Notes under the pieces: generated by a model
What the model saw: the letters and a program-made list of their open reading frames with translations, nothing else
Database searches by the model: none
What the model was told of the DNA's origin: nothing
Source: Polyangiaceae bacterium
Lineage (GTDB): Bacteria; Myxococcota_A; Polyangia; Polyangiales; Polyangiaceae
Assembly: GCA_044376115.1 (NCBI GenBank)
Contig: JBILLK010000021.1
Coordinates: 64,001 to 128,000 of the forward strand
Length of the DNA: 64,000 nt
Reading direction: 5' to 3'
Position numbers and translations under genes: made by a program
Shown here: in pieces, positions 26,820 to 36,847 of the stretch
Layout of the letters: each line of letters starts with the position of its first letter
Position numbering within the stretch: the first letter of the stretch is position 1

Positions 26820-27890
26820 CTACAGCCGCGCGCTGGCAATGGCCTTGAGCAGCACCGCGTCGAAATCTGATTCGGCTTCGGTCTGGGTGCCGGCAGCCAA
26901 TCCCTGACGTGTCACCACCAAGTCCAGGCTGGGCACGACGTAGATCTTCTGGTCCCGCGCCCCTAGCGCGGAAACGAGATCGGCCGGGGCGCCTTTCTTT
27001 CCAAGATTTCCCAGTCCTTGGAGCCACCACAATAGGCCGTAGTCGGCTTTGACGGCGGAGGGACTCCAAGCCTCGTCGAACCATCCTTCCGCTGTAACGG
27101 CTTTGTTGCTCCATACGCCGGCACGCTGCGCAAGAAGCCCAAAGCGCGCCATGTCCCGCGCCGCGAGTTCGAGTCCCCAAAGTGGAGCGCCCGTCGGGTC
27201 CTGGCCATCGCGCAGGCCCCACTGTCCGCTGATGCCAATCGCATCGAACAGCCATTCGCGGCTCAGCTGGTTGATGTCGACGCCAGCGACCTGCTCGAGC
27301 ACGAGACGCAGCTTCTGATAGGCGTTGGTGTTGTAATCAAACAGCGTTCCCGGCTTCGTTGCATATTTCAGCGTGTTGGGGTTCAGGCCGCTCGAGTGCG
27401 TCATCAGATGGCGGAGCGTTATGGCAGCCTCCTGCGCCGGCGTTGCGTTCGACCAACCCTCAGCCAAGTAGCTGGAAACGGGATCGTCAAAGGACAACAA
27501 CTGCTTGTCCCGCGCCAGGCCCACCAGGGTGGAGGTGAAGCTCTTCTGGACCGATGCCACATCGGACTCGGTGGTTCTGGTTGCGTTCAGGAAGTACTCC
27601 TCCACCAGCACCCGCCCCCCGCTGAGCATCATGAACGAGCTCGACTTGTTCTCCTCCACCAGCGCGACAACGTCGGCCAATCCTTGGGCCGACCAGCCCG
27701 TGGCCTCGGGATCAGCCGCTTCCCACTCGTCGCTGTCGTTGGGAGGAAAGTAGTCCGTCGACGGCTCAGGATCGGTCTCCTCCGTCTCCTTGGTCTCTTT
27801 GGTCTCCCCGCCACAACCGGCCAGGAGCCCAGCAGACAGCAAGACCCATTGGCGACGGGGCAATAGCTTTCGACTCGAACAGTGGCTCAT
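26820..27890 (-). CDS. Serine hydrolase, beta-lactamase class C-like, lipoprotein
   Basis: LAGC lipobox; SVQK (SxxK), LRHLMTHSSG, FDYN, ARDMARFG, YGLLWW. Confidence 0.88.
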   Translation of the reverse strand: MSHCSSRKLLPRRQWVLLSAGLLAGCGGETKETKETEETDPEPSTDYFPPNDSDEWEAADPEATGWSAQGLADVVALVEENKSSSFMMLSGGRVLVEEYFLNATRTTESDVASVQKSFTSTLVGLARDKQLLSFDDPVSSYLAEGWSNATPAQEAAITLRHLMTHSSGLNPNTLKYATKPGTLFDYNTNAYQKLRLVLEQVAGVDINQLSREWLFDAIGISGQWGLRDGQDPTGAPLWGLELAARDMARFGLLAQRAGVWSNKAVTAEGWFDEAWSPSAVKADYGLLWWLQGLGNLGKKGAPADLVSALGARDQKIYVVPSLDLVVTRQGLAAGTQTEAESDFDAVLLKAIASARL

Positions 27891-28110
27891 CGAGCGATCG
27901 TACTCGGATGACGCTGGATTGTCCCGGTAGCCCCCGCTGCTCGAGCATGGCGGCTCAGTGAGTGCGGACTCAGCGTCGCCGAGCAGACGCGTTCATCGGT
28001 TCCAAGTCCAACATGCCGACAAAATAGGTCGAGCAAACAGCATCGCGGTATCGCCAGATCGTGCAGTTGCCCTCACTGTAATAGCCGCGGCACGTGGTAG
28101 AACCCGCTCC

Positions 28111-29148
28111 ATGATGAACCGCGGTGCGCTCGTAACGGCCTCCTTCTGGCGCAGCGTGTTCGGCGCTGCGTTGCTCTGAACGGCGTGCAGCGAGCCTGCG
28201 TCGAAGCCGGAGCCCGCTGCCGATTCGGGCTCGTCGAAGCCCTAGAGCACCGCGTCGACGAGCGCGAGCGCAAGCGCCAGCAGCGGGGCCAACGCATCGG
28301 CGTCCACGAGCGCTTCTGCCGCACCGAGCGCCGCGCCAGCGTCCGTCGCGGTGAAGCCGTTCGTGCCGACGCACACGGTGCCGCCGTTCAAAGGCAAGTT
28401 CCCGCATCGCGATCATCCGCTCGCAGCGAACGCAGGCCGCGTGGTCGAGCTGAAGTTCGTGCGAGCGTCCAAAGAGCCCGATCTCGCGCCGATGTTCAGC
28501 ATGAAGAACCTGACCGACAAGCCCGTCGACGTCGGTCAGACCTGGCTCTTCTACTACGACGCCGAAAAGAAGAAGACCGACCGCTACCCGCACTCTCTCG
28601 GCTACACGGTCAAGCTCGGGCCCGGTGAAGCCAAGGAGCAGCGGCTCGGTCAGAACACCGAAAAGATTGAGGCCGGCCTCACGCTGTTCGAAGGCGAGGT
28701 CACTTCCGCGCGCGTCGACGGCAACGATTGGGAGAACCAGAATCTCAACCCGATGCCGCGCCCCGCTGGAGGTGTCGACGCGCAGACCCTTGCCGACAAC
28801 GCAGGCGTACGCCTGGTCGTCGACGTCTACGAGCTGTCGTCCTATCGCGTCCGCCTGACCAACGTGACCGACCGCGTGATCAAGGATGCAGTGATGGTCT
28901 TCCACTACCGTGGCGAAAAGGATGAGAACACCAAGGTCACCGCGGGCCTGCCCGACGACCTGAAACCCATCGCGCCCGGAGCCTCGGTGGACCTCGCAGC
29001 GTCAGCCTGGTCGAGCAGCCGCAAGTCACCGCCGAAGGCAACGGACGTCGTCGCGTACGCCACTCGCGTCACCTTCGAGTCAGGCCCGAGCTTCGAGAAC
29101 GAGAACCTGAGCGAAGACGTCCGGTGGAAGGTCCTTGGCGACCGCTGA
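28111..29148 (+). pseudogene. Lipoprotein gene interrupted by two in-frame stops (TGA 28177, TAG 28243)
   Basis: One frame from ATG 28111: signal peptide ...AALL*TAC, Ser/Ala linker ...SKP*STAS..., continuous with the 28351..29148 ORF (two Ig-like repeats). Confidence 0.7.
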
Positions 29149-29222
29149 GGCAGGCTGGCTGCAGCAGCTCGCGTACGGCTCGAGCGCGCGTCCGAACGGA
29201 TCGCGTTCGCGCGTAGCGCCGC

Positions 29223-30110
29223 TCAGCGAGCGCCGGGAGCCTTACCGCGCCGCTTGGGCCGGAGGCTCTCCTCGACGTGGTCCATGAAGGCGCGTACGCG
29301 TGGGGTGTGCTGAAGCTCGCGCAGGGTGAGCAGCCACACGCCGCGAGTGAACGCCGAATCGACTGGGCCGATGCGCTTGAGCGTGGGGTCGCGGTCTGCG
29401 TCGATGCACGCGAGAAAGTGCACTCCGAGCCCCGCTGCGACGGCCGCGTACAGCCCCAGTGAGCTGGTATCCAAGCGCAGCGCGGTGCGCGCGCCGGGGG
29501 CGTTCTTGGCGAGCCAGCGATCGAGCCAGGGCTGGTTGAGCCGCTCATCCCAATTGAGCCACGGGTACGCCGCGAGCGACGCGCGTTTGCCGATGCGGGC
29601 CGCGAGCTCCTTGTGCGCGTACACAGCGAACTCCATTTGGCCGACCTTGCGACCGACCAAGTAGTCCGGCGGTTGATTGGTCATGCGCAGCACCACATCG
29701 GCTTGGCGCCGCGGCAGGGAGACCTCGTCATCGCTCGTGCTCAAGGTGAGCGACACGCTCGGGTAGCGCGTGAGGAACGACGCAAACACGCCGCTGTAAG
29801 TCCGGAGCAACAGGTCCATGGTCGAGACGCGAAGCGCGCCGCCCAGCGTTTGGTCGCGCCCGAGCACGCGGCCCTCCGCAGCGAGCACCTCCTGTTCGAC
29901 GCGCTCGGCGACCTCGGCCAGGTCTTGGCCCGCCGCGGTCGGAACGTAGCCTTCAGGCGTGCGATCAAAGAGCCGGACGCCGAGCGTGCGCTCAATTTCC
30001 TCGAGCCGCCGCCCCACCGTGGTGTGGGTCACCGCGAGCTCCTTGGCGGCCCGGCTCAAGCTGCGTTCGCGCGAAAGGGTCAATACGTAACGAAGATCAT
30101 CCCAGCTCAC
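29223..30110 (-). CDS. LysR-family transcriptional regulator
   Basis: WDDLRY..SLSRAAKEL.V.HTTVGRR..LGVRLFDR; substrate domain ending PRVRAFMD. Confidence 0.92.
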   Translation of the reverse strand: MSWDDLRYVLTLSRERSLSRAAKELAVTHTTVGRRLEEIERTLGVRLFDRTPEGYVPTAAGQDLAEVAERVEQEVLAAEGRVLGRDQTLGGALRVSTMDLLLRTYSGVFASFLTRYPSVSLTLSTSDDEVSLPRRQADVVLRMTNQPPDYLVGRKVGQMEFAVYAHKELAARIGKRASLAAYPWLNWDERLNQPWLDRWLAKNAPGARTALRLDTSSLGLYAAVAAGLGVHFLACIDADRDPTLKRIGPVDSAFTRGVWLLTLRELQHTPRVRAFMDHVEESLRPKRRGKAPGAR

Positions 30111-30180
30111 CTGTGCATCGTTGCACAGCGTTGGCGCACTGTCTGCCACCGCTTGGGCGATGGCGCACAGCCGAAATCGC
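30111..30180. repeat. LysR promoter region, copy 1 (CTGTGCA-N4-TGCACAG palindrome)
   Basis: Gapless 54/70 match by hand count to 31462..31531. Confidence 0.75.
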
Positions 30181-30199
30181 CCGCTAGAAGCTGACGCTG

Positions 30200-31396
30200 T
30201 CAGGGTGGCGCGAGCGGTGGGAGCTGCGGAAGGACGGCTGGGCAGGTAAAGCGCGTGGTCGTGGTCAGCTCGTTCGTGCCCCGGTCCCACGCCTCCTCAC
30301 GGACCACTCGCCCTTCGAGGTCACGCTTGATCGCCAGGCGTCGTTGCTCCTCCGGGTTCGAGAGCTCGACGATGCGACCCTGGGCGTCGCGGCGCATCAA
30401 GAGGTCGACGACCCCCGCGCGGTTGCGATGCGAAATCCCGACGAGCCCGCTCCCGTCCCAACGCAACATCCAGGAAAAGTCCTCGCTGCCAGGCGGCAGC
30501 CCGTCAGGCGGCGGCTCACTGTCGTTTCCGTCGGCACAACGAACCTTGGTCAAGCGCGTGCCCAACCATTCGTAGGCACAGAGCATGGTGCGAGAGATGG
30601 GGCTGTAGTTCCACAGGCTCGGACGCCCGCGATCGAACACAATCTCGACGCCAGCGTGCCCGTAGGCGCTCCAAACCTTGGACGCGCCGCTCGTCAACGC
30701 AGGCACCTCATGCCGGCGCACCTCGAGTTCTGCAACCAGGCGCGAGAGAACGTCTGGGACCGCCAGGTCAAACCCGAAGGGAGGCTGGTCCGTCAGCGAC
30801 TGGAACCCCTCCGGCACCTCGCCGTCCCACGCCAGGATCTTAAGCCAGGGCTGTCCATCGTACTCCACCCCGACCAGCCGCCGCTTTGCGTCGTAGTGTC
30901 GCGTCCACTCCGCACGAAGGGTCGCCGCGTGCGACGCAAACTGGAACTCCCGGGTACGAAACGCACTGCCCGCGGCGTCGATCGACTCAAGCTCCAGGCT
31001 GCCTTCATCAGCAGAGGAGTCTGAAAGGACCCAACGCTCGCGTGAGTCTCCGCGATCGACCAAGAGCGTGTGGGTGCCGTTGCGCGACGGGCGATCTCTT
31101 CTCTCCGTGCACCTCGCTTCGTGCTGCGGCGCGGGCAGCGCGGGCACTGCCGCAGGGATCACCGGCTCGCGCTCCACGGTCTCGTCTTCGGGGCTTGCGC
31201 CGGATGGCACAGGAGCCGCAGACGAGAGCAGCGCGGCTTCAGACGCCGGCAGCGTCAGCGCAGCAGTTGGGCCCGGGGCAGGGACTGGGGCAGGGCCTGG
31301 GGCAGGAGCTGTGGCCGAGCCGTCCGCGCTCGAGCAAGCGCACGCAAAGAAGCTCGTGCACACGAATGCCAGACGATCTCGAACGCTATGCCACAT
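30200..31396 (-). CDS. Lipoprotein with YD/RHS-like beta repeats
   Basis: FACAC lipobox-like; HYDAKRRLV, RRDAQGRIV, RDLEGRVV. Confidence 0.55.
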   Translation of the reverse strand: MWHSVRDRLAFVCTSFFACACSSADGSATAPAPGPAPVPAPGPTAALTLPASEAALLSSAAPVPSGASPEDETVEREPVIPAAVPALPAPQHEARCTERRDRPSRNGTHTLLVDRGDSRERWVLSDSSADEGSLELESIDAAGSAFRTREFQFASHAATLRAEWTRHYDAKRRLVGVEYDGQPWLKILAWDGEVPEGFQSLTDQPPFGFDLAVPDVLSRLVAELEVRRHEVPALTSGASKVWSAYGHAGVEIVFDRGRPSLWNYSPISRTMLCAYEWLGTRLTKVRCADGNDSEPPPDGLPPGSEDFSWMLRWDGSGLVGISHRNRAGVVDLLMRRDAQGRIVELSNPEEQRRLAIKRDLEGRVVREEAWDRGTNELTTTTRFTCPAVLPQLPPLAPP

Positions 31397-31461
31397 GCGC
31401 GGAATGTAGCCTCATCGAATGCGGCCAGGGCAGACGATCGCGCGCGTTACGCGCGGATCTT

Positions 31462-31531
31462 CTGTGCATCCTTGCACAGCGAGTGCACATTCTCTGTCGT
31501 TGCTTGGGCGTTGACGCACAGCCAAAGTCTC
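31462..31531. promoter_or_regulatory. LysR promoter region, copy 2, upstream of an oxidoreductase
   Basis: CTGTGCATCCTTGCACAG palindrome plus homologous downstream sequence. Confidence 0.7.
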
Positions 31532-31535
31532 TCCC

Positions 31536-32480
31536 ATGCGAGCCCTGATTCATCAAAGTTATGGCACTTCGGCGCAGCTAACGGTCGGTGAGCGAGCGCA
31601 GCCCGAGATCAAAGATAGCGAGGTGCTGGTGCGCGTGCGCGCCGCGTCGATCAACGCCGGAGACTGGTTCATGGCGACCGGCCGGCCTTGGCCGCTTCGG
31701 CTTTGGAGCGGGCTGCTTCGTCCGACGCGGCAGCTCTTGGGCTTGGACGTCGCCGGTGAGGTGGTGAGCGTGGGAGCGAAGGTAACGCGGGTGCGCGTGG
31801 GTGACGCTGTATTTGGCGAGACACACGGGACCTTCGCCGAGTACGCAGCGCTGTCCGAAGCGCGGCTCGCGCACAAGCCCGAGGCGGTCAGCTTCGAGCA
31901 GGCCGCCACCTTGCCGGTGGCGGGCTGCACAGCGTTGCAAGGCCTGCGTGACGCGGCCCAGGTGAAGCCGGGAAAGCGCGTGCTGATCAACGGAGCTTCC
32001 GGCGGCGTGGGCAGCTTTGCCGTGCAGATCGCGCGGGCGCTCGGCGCAGAGGTGACCGCCGTTTGCAGCGCGCGCAACGTTGCACGGGCGCGCGCACTCG
32101 GCGCGGCGCAGGTGATCGACTACGGCGTTAGCGACTTTGCTGACGCCGAACAAACCTACGATGCGATCTTCGATCTCGTCGGCTGGACGCCGCTGCGTCG
32201 TTGTTTGGCGAGGCTCCGTCCGCACGGCGTGTACGTGTCTTCGGCTGGACGTATCGCGCGGGTGCTCGAGGCCGCTATCGCTTCCTTGTGGCCGAGGTCG
32301 CGCGTGAAGCTGCTGACCACGAACGCCAACCCCGAGGACCTCGCGACCCTCGCCTCGATGACCGAGCGCGGGCTGATCACCCCGGAGATCGACCGCTACC
32401 ATCCGTTGGAAGAACTCCCGCAGGCGCTGCGAACGCAAGGACTCGGGCACGCCCGCGGCAAGTCGGTGGTGGTGCTGTGA
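31536..32480 (+). CDS. NAD(P)-dependent zinc-independent MDR oxidoreductase (quinone reductase-like)
   Basis: VRVRAASIN, GLDVAGEV, GASGGVG, GHARGKSVV. Confidence 0.9.
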   Translation: MRALIHQSYGTSAQLTVGERAQPEIKDSEVLVRVRAASINAGDWFMATGRPWPLRLWSGLLRPTRQLLGLDVAGEVVSVGAKVTRVRVGDAVFGETHGTFAEYAALSEARLAHKPEAVSFEQAATLPVAGCTALQGLRDAAQVKPGKRVLINGASGGVGSFAVQIARALGAEVTAVCSARNVARARALGAAQVIDYGVSDFADAEQTYDAIFDLVGWTPLRRCLARLRPHGVYVSSAGRIARVLEAAIASLWPRSRVKLLTTNANPEDLATLASMTERGLITPEIDRYHPLEELPQALRTQGLGHARGKSVVVL

Positions 32481-32500
32481 GAGCCGCGCGGTTCCGACCG

Positions 32501-33754
32501 TCAATCGGGGGTAACGCAGTCCAGGCGAAAGAGCCCGATCGTGAAGCTATCTGACAGCTGGAACTGCGGATAGGCGAACAGGATCGAGCTGTCGTCGAGG
32601 CCACCGACCAGCATCGCGATCTCTTCGTTGGACGAGACAACGTCAACCGCAAGCGGCAAGCTCAGCGTCTGGTTTTCGCCGTCGGAGACGATGAGCGAAA
32701 TTCCGTCGATGGTCCGCCGTGAGATCACGAAGCCATCGCGCCAGGGCGTGAACATGGTTGAGGTGTCACCGAAGCGGTACGAGTCGGTCCAAGGAGCTTG
32801 GACAAGCGCGCCAGACCGGTCCAACGAGTACACGACGATGCCGTCGCCCGGATTGGATATGGCGTAAAAATAGCCACCCTCCCGACGCGCGAGGAACTGC
32901 TTGTGCGGCTTGAACGGCAGCTCGAAGCCGCCGAAAGAGACCAGCTGATCACCGTCGAGTCGGTACAAATCAGCGCGCGGCGCAACGTCACAATACCACT
33001 CGGTTCCGCGGCTGATGAACGCACCGCCTTCAGGTTCATGAACGACCCGAGTTGTACGGCACGGCCCATCGACAAGCGGAGCGATCGGCGTCGGCTCCGC
33101 CGAGAACGTCGCTAGCGAGGAGAGCTGCTCGTTGCCGGTTCCGTCCCCGGAGACGATCAGCGCGCCGCCTTCGGACTGGGTGCGTGGAAAGCCCTCGAGC
33201 CACGTTTCCTCGAACGCCCGAACCACCCCAGGCGCAGCAAAGGAGAAGAACCCGCGAACGCCGAAGTTCAGCGCGAACACCCCGTCCTCACTGGTTTCGA
33301 GAGGCCCAGGCGTACTTAAGGTACTGGCGCTGAGCTGGGACTGCGCTGGCTCGATCATAAGAGGCGGCCAGTCACCAAAGGCATCTTCCACCGTGAGCGA
33401 CCAGAGCGTCGCGTTCTGTCCTGGAATACCCGTGGTGTAAGTGAGCCCCGCACGCTCATCACCGAACGCCCCGAGCCGCACATCGCCGGTCATTTGTGGA
33501 ACGACGATCTGCACCTGCTCCCCCGCCGAAACGAGCTGCTCACAACCAGGCACCGGAAACGGACCCTCACCGCCCACGCCGCCTGTGCCACCTCCTCCGT
33601 TCGGCGACGCAGCGCCAGCAGCGCCTAACCCCTCGCCGCCCACACCGCCCTGCCCACCGACCGTCGTGGTCCCGCCGCCTCCGTCGTTCGGAAGGACGCG
33701 GACGTCACGGCAGCCGAGGGCGGCCAAAGCCAGCGTCAACAGCGTGCGTGACAT
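32501..33754 (-). CDS. Hypothetical lipoprotein
   Basis: ALGC lipobox, Gly-rich linker, beta-rich domain. Confidence 0.65.
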   Translation of the reverse strand: MSRTLLTLALAALGCRDVRVLPNDGGGGTTTVGGQGGVGGEGLGAAGAASPNGGGGTGGVGGEGPFPVPGCEQLVSAGEQVQIVVPQMTGDVRLGAFGDERAGLTYTTGIPGQNATLWSLTVEDAFGDWPPLMIEPAQSQLSASTLSTPGPLETSEDGVFALNFGVRGFFSFAAPGVVRAFEETWLEGFPRTQSEGGALIVSGDGTGNEQLSSLATFSAEPTPIAPLVDGPCRTTRVVHEPEGGAFISRGTEWYCDVAPRADLYRLDGDQLVSFGGFELPFKPHKQFLARREGGYFYAISNPGDGIVVYSLDRSGALVQAPWTDSYRFGDTSTMFTPWRDGFVISRRTIDGISLIVSDGENQTLSLPLAVDVVSSNEEIAMLVGGLDDSSILFAYPQFQLSDSFTIGLFRLDCVTPD

Positions 33755-33901
33755 CCGGTACACCGTTGCGCTTGGTCCACGCGCACGAGCTAAGCACGAA
33801 ATGGCGGGCGTGGTACGCAGCCGAAGCGTGCGCGCGCGGAGCCGTGGCGCGCCGCCCACAAGCTATGCCCTCGCGGCGGGGCCCATGGTAAGAGCCTGGG
33901 C

Positions 33902-34936
33902 ATGACTCGTTCGAGGGCGTTTGCCCTACAACTCGCCGTTCGGCTTGCGCTCCCGCTGCTCCCCGCCGTGCTGATCGCACAACCGGCAGAGGCTGCAGTG
34001 GTCGAGAAAATCGCCGCGGTGGTAGGCGATGATTCGATCTTGCTGAGCGAGGTTCGCGCGCGCGCAACACCGCTATTGCGGGCGATCATCAAGCAGGTCC
34101 CGGCGGGTCCGCAGCGCACCGCCGCCGAGTCGCAGGTGCTCAAAGAGACGCTCAACCGCATGGTGGAGGAGCTGCTCGGTCAGCAGGCTGCAGACCGTCT
34201 CAAGCTGAGCGTGACCACGCAAGAGGTGGACAAGGCCATCGCGAACATCGCAGCCCAGCGCAAGTTGACGCTGGCCCAGCTGTTCACTTCCGTCGCTGAG
34301 CAAAGCGGCTTTACCGAGGTGGAGTATCGCGCGGAGATTCGTCGTCAGGTGCTTGAAGGCAAGTTGCTGAGCCAACGGGTTCGCGGTCGTTTGCGCATCA
34401 CCGAGGAAGATCTGCGCAATGCCTTCGCTCGCAGCGTGCGTGAAGAACGAGAGCGTCGCGAATACCGCGCTTCATGGATCGTGATCAAGGTCCCGCCCGA
34501 CGCCACGCCCGCCGTTACCAACGCCCTCGAAACCAAGTCGAAGGAGATCCATCAGAAGCTCTTGGCCGGCGGCAACTTCGCCGAGCTCGCGGCCGCATAC
34601 TCCGAAGATGAAAAGTCCAAGGAGAAGGGCGGAGACATCGGCGTGCACGCGCCGATCAAGTCCACCGCGGCACAGAACGGGCGGCGGCCGGCGTTGGCCA
34701 AAGGCATCGAGGATCGTTTGGTGCCGCTCGAGCCCGGCGCCTTCACTGAGTCCTTCCGTTTCCAGGACGCCTTCTTGATCGTCTCGGTCACTGCGCGCGC
34801 ACCCTCGCGCTTCACCACCTTTGACGCAGCCAAAGAAGAAATGGCCGCCCGCGTGCAGAATGAAATTCTGGCGCGCGAGAAGACGGCCTGGCTCGACGAT
34901 CTGAAGAAGCGCACCTTCATCGCAACGCGGCTCTGA
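33902..34936 (+). CDS. SurA-like periplasmic chaperone / parvulin PPIase
   Basis: VVEKIAAVVGDDSILLSE; F.ELA..YSED..SKEKGGDIG. Confidence 0.85.
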   Translation: MTRSRAFALQLAVRLALPLLPAVLIAQPAEAAVVEKIAAVVGDDSILLSEVRARATPLLRAIIKQVPAGPQRTAAESQVLKETLNRMVEELLGQQAADRLKLSVTTQEVDKAIANIAAQRKLTLAQLFTSVAEQSGFTEVEYRAEIRRQVLEGKLLSQRVRGRLRITEEDLRNAFARSVREERERREYRASWIVIKVPPDATPAVTNALETKSKEIHQKLLAGGNFAELAAAYSEDEKSKEKGGDIGVHAPIKSTAAQNGRRPALAKGIEDRLVPLEPGAFTESFRFQDAFLIVSVTARAPSRFTTFDAAKEEMAARVQNEILAREKTAWLDDLKKRTFIATRL

Positions 34937-34952
34937 GTCAGCTCGACGTTTC

Positions 34953-35360
34953 ATGAGCGGCCGCAAGCAAGCTTGGCAAGCGCCTCCTGATTGCTTGCCC
35001 TGCGGCCGTTGCTGTTTCAGCGAGGACGAGAGCTACCTCCAGCTCTTCGGGCTGGACGTGGCGCGCATGCTCCCTGCCGACGAACGCCATTTGCGGCGCG
35101 ATGGCGAACGCACCTTCATGAAGCTCGTCGGCGGGCGTTGCAGCGCCTTCGTGGTGGACGCGCTCGAGCTTGATTCGCCGGTCAAATTGACCCGCCCCAA
35201 GGGCGAGACACGCCCGCTCTTCGGCTGCTCGATCTACGAACGCCGGCCCGACGTATGCCGCGCGCTGCAACGCGGTACCAGCTCCTGCCGCTTCGAGTAC
35301 GAACGCAAACTCGATCGGCCCGACGTGCTACTGGCCAGCTTGCGTAAGAAGGCACCGTAG
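34953..35360 (+). CDS. YkgJ-family CxxCxxCC protein
   Basis: CLPCGRCC, CSIYERRPDVCR. Confidence 0.85.
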   Translation: MSGRKQAWQAPPDCLPCGRCCFSEDESYLQLFGLDVARMLPADERHLRRDGERTFMKLVGGRCSAFVVDALELDSPVKLTRPKGETRPLFGCSIYERRPDVCRALQRGTSSCRFEYERKLDRPDVLLASLRKKAP

Positions 35361-35418
35361 GCGGAAGCCGCTTAGCTGCGAATTGCGACCGCGCAGGCGG
35401 GTTGGCTAGACTCTGACC

Positions 35419-35589
35419 ATGCTCGCGCGTGTCCTCGCTCTCACGGCGCTCGCCACCGTGGTCGCCGCAGGGTCTTCGCCTCGTCGGAGTTCGCCACATC
35501 GCACCGCGGCGCCATCCGCTGACTCGCATGCGCCTTCACCGAGGGCACGGTTCTGGGCGGCGCACAAAGCAGCTGTCAGCCGCCGTTAG
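35419..35589 (+). CDS. Possible 56-aa secreted peptide or gene remnant
   Basis: MLARVLALTALATVVAAG signal-like start; TAGACT 6 nt upstream. Confidence 0.3.
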   Translation: MLARVLALTALATVVAAGSSPRRSSPHRTAAPSADSHAPSPRARFWAAHKAAVSRR

Positions 35590-35618
35590 CGCCCCCGCGA
35601 GTAGAAGCTTCGGCCCGC

Positions 35619-36008
35619 TCAGCGCACCACGGTCTCGAACGTCGGCGGCTCGAGCAGCGACTTCTTTACTTTGCAATTCTCCACGGCCCTCACGATCGCC
35701 GCACGATGGGTCTCCGGGAAGCCCGCGGGCAATTGCAGCTCGTAGCGCACCGCGGTCACGCGGCCACTCTTTGCGTCGTATTCATGCCGTTGCGTAAGGC
35801 CGAGCCCCTCGGTGGGAAGGCCGCGGGCCTGACAAAAACCAAGCGCGTAGATGCCGGCGCAACTCGCGAGCGCGGCCAAGAAGTACTCGTACGGGCCAGG
35901 CTGAGCTCCAGCTCCGCCGAGCTCGACCGACTGATCGGTGTGAACCACGAACGAGCCAAACGCCGCATCGACCTGCTTACCGCCGGGGAACGTAACTTCG
36001 ATGTCCAT
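35619..36008 (-). CDS. OsmC/YcaO-N-like protein
   Basis: TDQ..ELGG...PGPYEYFLAALASCAG; CKVKK. Confidence 0.88.
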   Translation of the reverse strand: MDIEVTFPGGKQVDAAFGSFVVHTDQSVELGGAGAQPGPYEYFLAALASCAGIYALGFCQARGLPTEGLGLTQRHEYDAKSGRVTAVRYELQLPAGFPETHRAAIVRAVENCKVKKSLLEPPTFETVVR

Positions 36009-36109
36009 GTCGCTGTGAGTCCGCGCGCGCGCGAAAGGATTCGAACGTAGTCGCTGAATGTGAACGAGGCTCGCTTGACGAAGAGTGGCGCCAGCAGTCT
36101 AGTCGCAGC

Positions 36110-36835
36110 ATGAAACTAACTTGGATCGCGCTTGCGGTAGTGGGGCTCTTGGCTTGCGGGGATGACAGCACGAGTGGTGGCGGTGGCAGCGGCGGTAACG
36201 TAACCGGAGGTGGTGGCGCGGGCGGCGAGAGCACCGGCGGCGGTGGCTCGGGCGGCAACACGGGTGGCGGCGGCGCAGGCGGTAATGCGACCGGCGGCGC
36301 GGGTGGCAACACCAGCGGTGGTGGCGGCGCCGGCGGCACCGCGAACGATCTCAGCCAATGCCAGAACAACGGTGATTGCCCCGACGGCGGGACCTGCATC
36401 GAGCTGATTGCGGGCTATCGCGTGTGTCAGCAGCCGATCGAGCCGGCAACGAAGTGCAGCACAAGATTCGACAGCTGCTGCGACACCAGTGACTGCGATA
36501 CCGGGACCTGTTTGTACGGCCCGCTGGTACCGCTGTGCGCCGGCGTGAAGTTGAAGCCCACCAACGCCTGCGGCTCCGACCTCTGCGCCAGCGACGCCGA
36601 TTGCGGCCCTTCGGGCATCTGCGCTCCGGCCGGCACCTTCGGCAACTTGGTGCGCGCCTGCCTCGACAACCAATGCGATGGCAGCTGCAACTGCGGCCTG
36701 GTGGAAGAGCCCTGCTGCCAAAACGTGATTGGCCTCTTGTGCGTCGTGGATTGTCAAAGCAACAGCGACTGCGGTCCCGACAAATTCTGCGAAGCCGGCA
36801 CCTGCCAAGACGGCTTTCCGCTCTGTCCGCTCTGA
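36110..36835 (+). CDS. Cys-rich lipoprotein
   Basis: LLAC lipobox, Gly linker, CxxxxDC repeats. Confidence 0.8.
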   Translation: MKLTWIALAVVGLLACGDDSTSGGGGSGGNVTGGGGAGGESTGGGGSGGNTGGGGAGGNATGGAGGNTSGGGGAGGTANDLSQCQNNGDCPDGGTCIELIAGYRVCQQPIEPATKCSTRFDSCCDTSDCDTGTCLYGPLVPLCAGVKLKPTNACGSDLCASDADCGPSGICAPAGTFGNLVRACLDNQCDGSCNCGLVEEPCCQNVIGLLCVVDCQSNSDCGPDKFCEAGTCQDGFPLCPL

Positions 36836-36847
36836 AGAACGATGTGC

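Noticed and set aside
26820..27890. True beta-lactamase resistance gene
   Set aside because: The motifs fit the broad serine hydrolase family, and substrate cannot be assigned from sequence
30200..31396. Rhs polymorphic toxin
   Set aside because: Only a few YD-like strands; no Rhs core, DPxG cleavage motif, toxin tip or immunity gene
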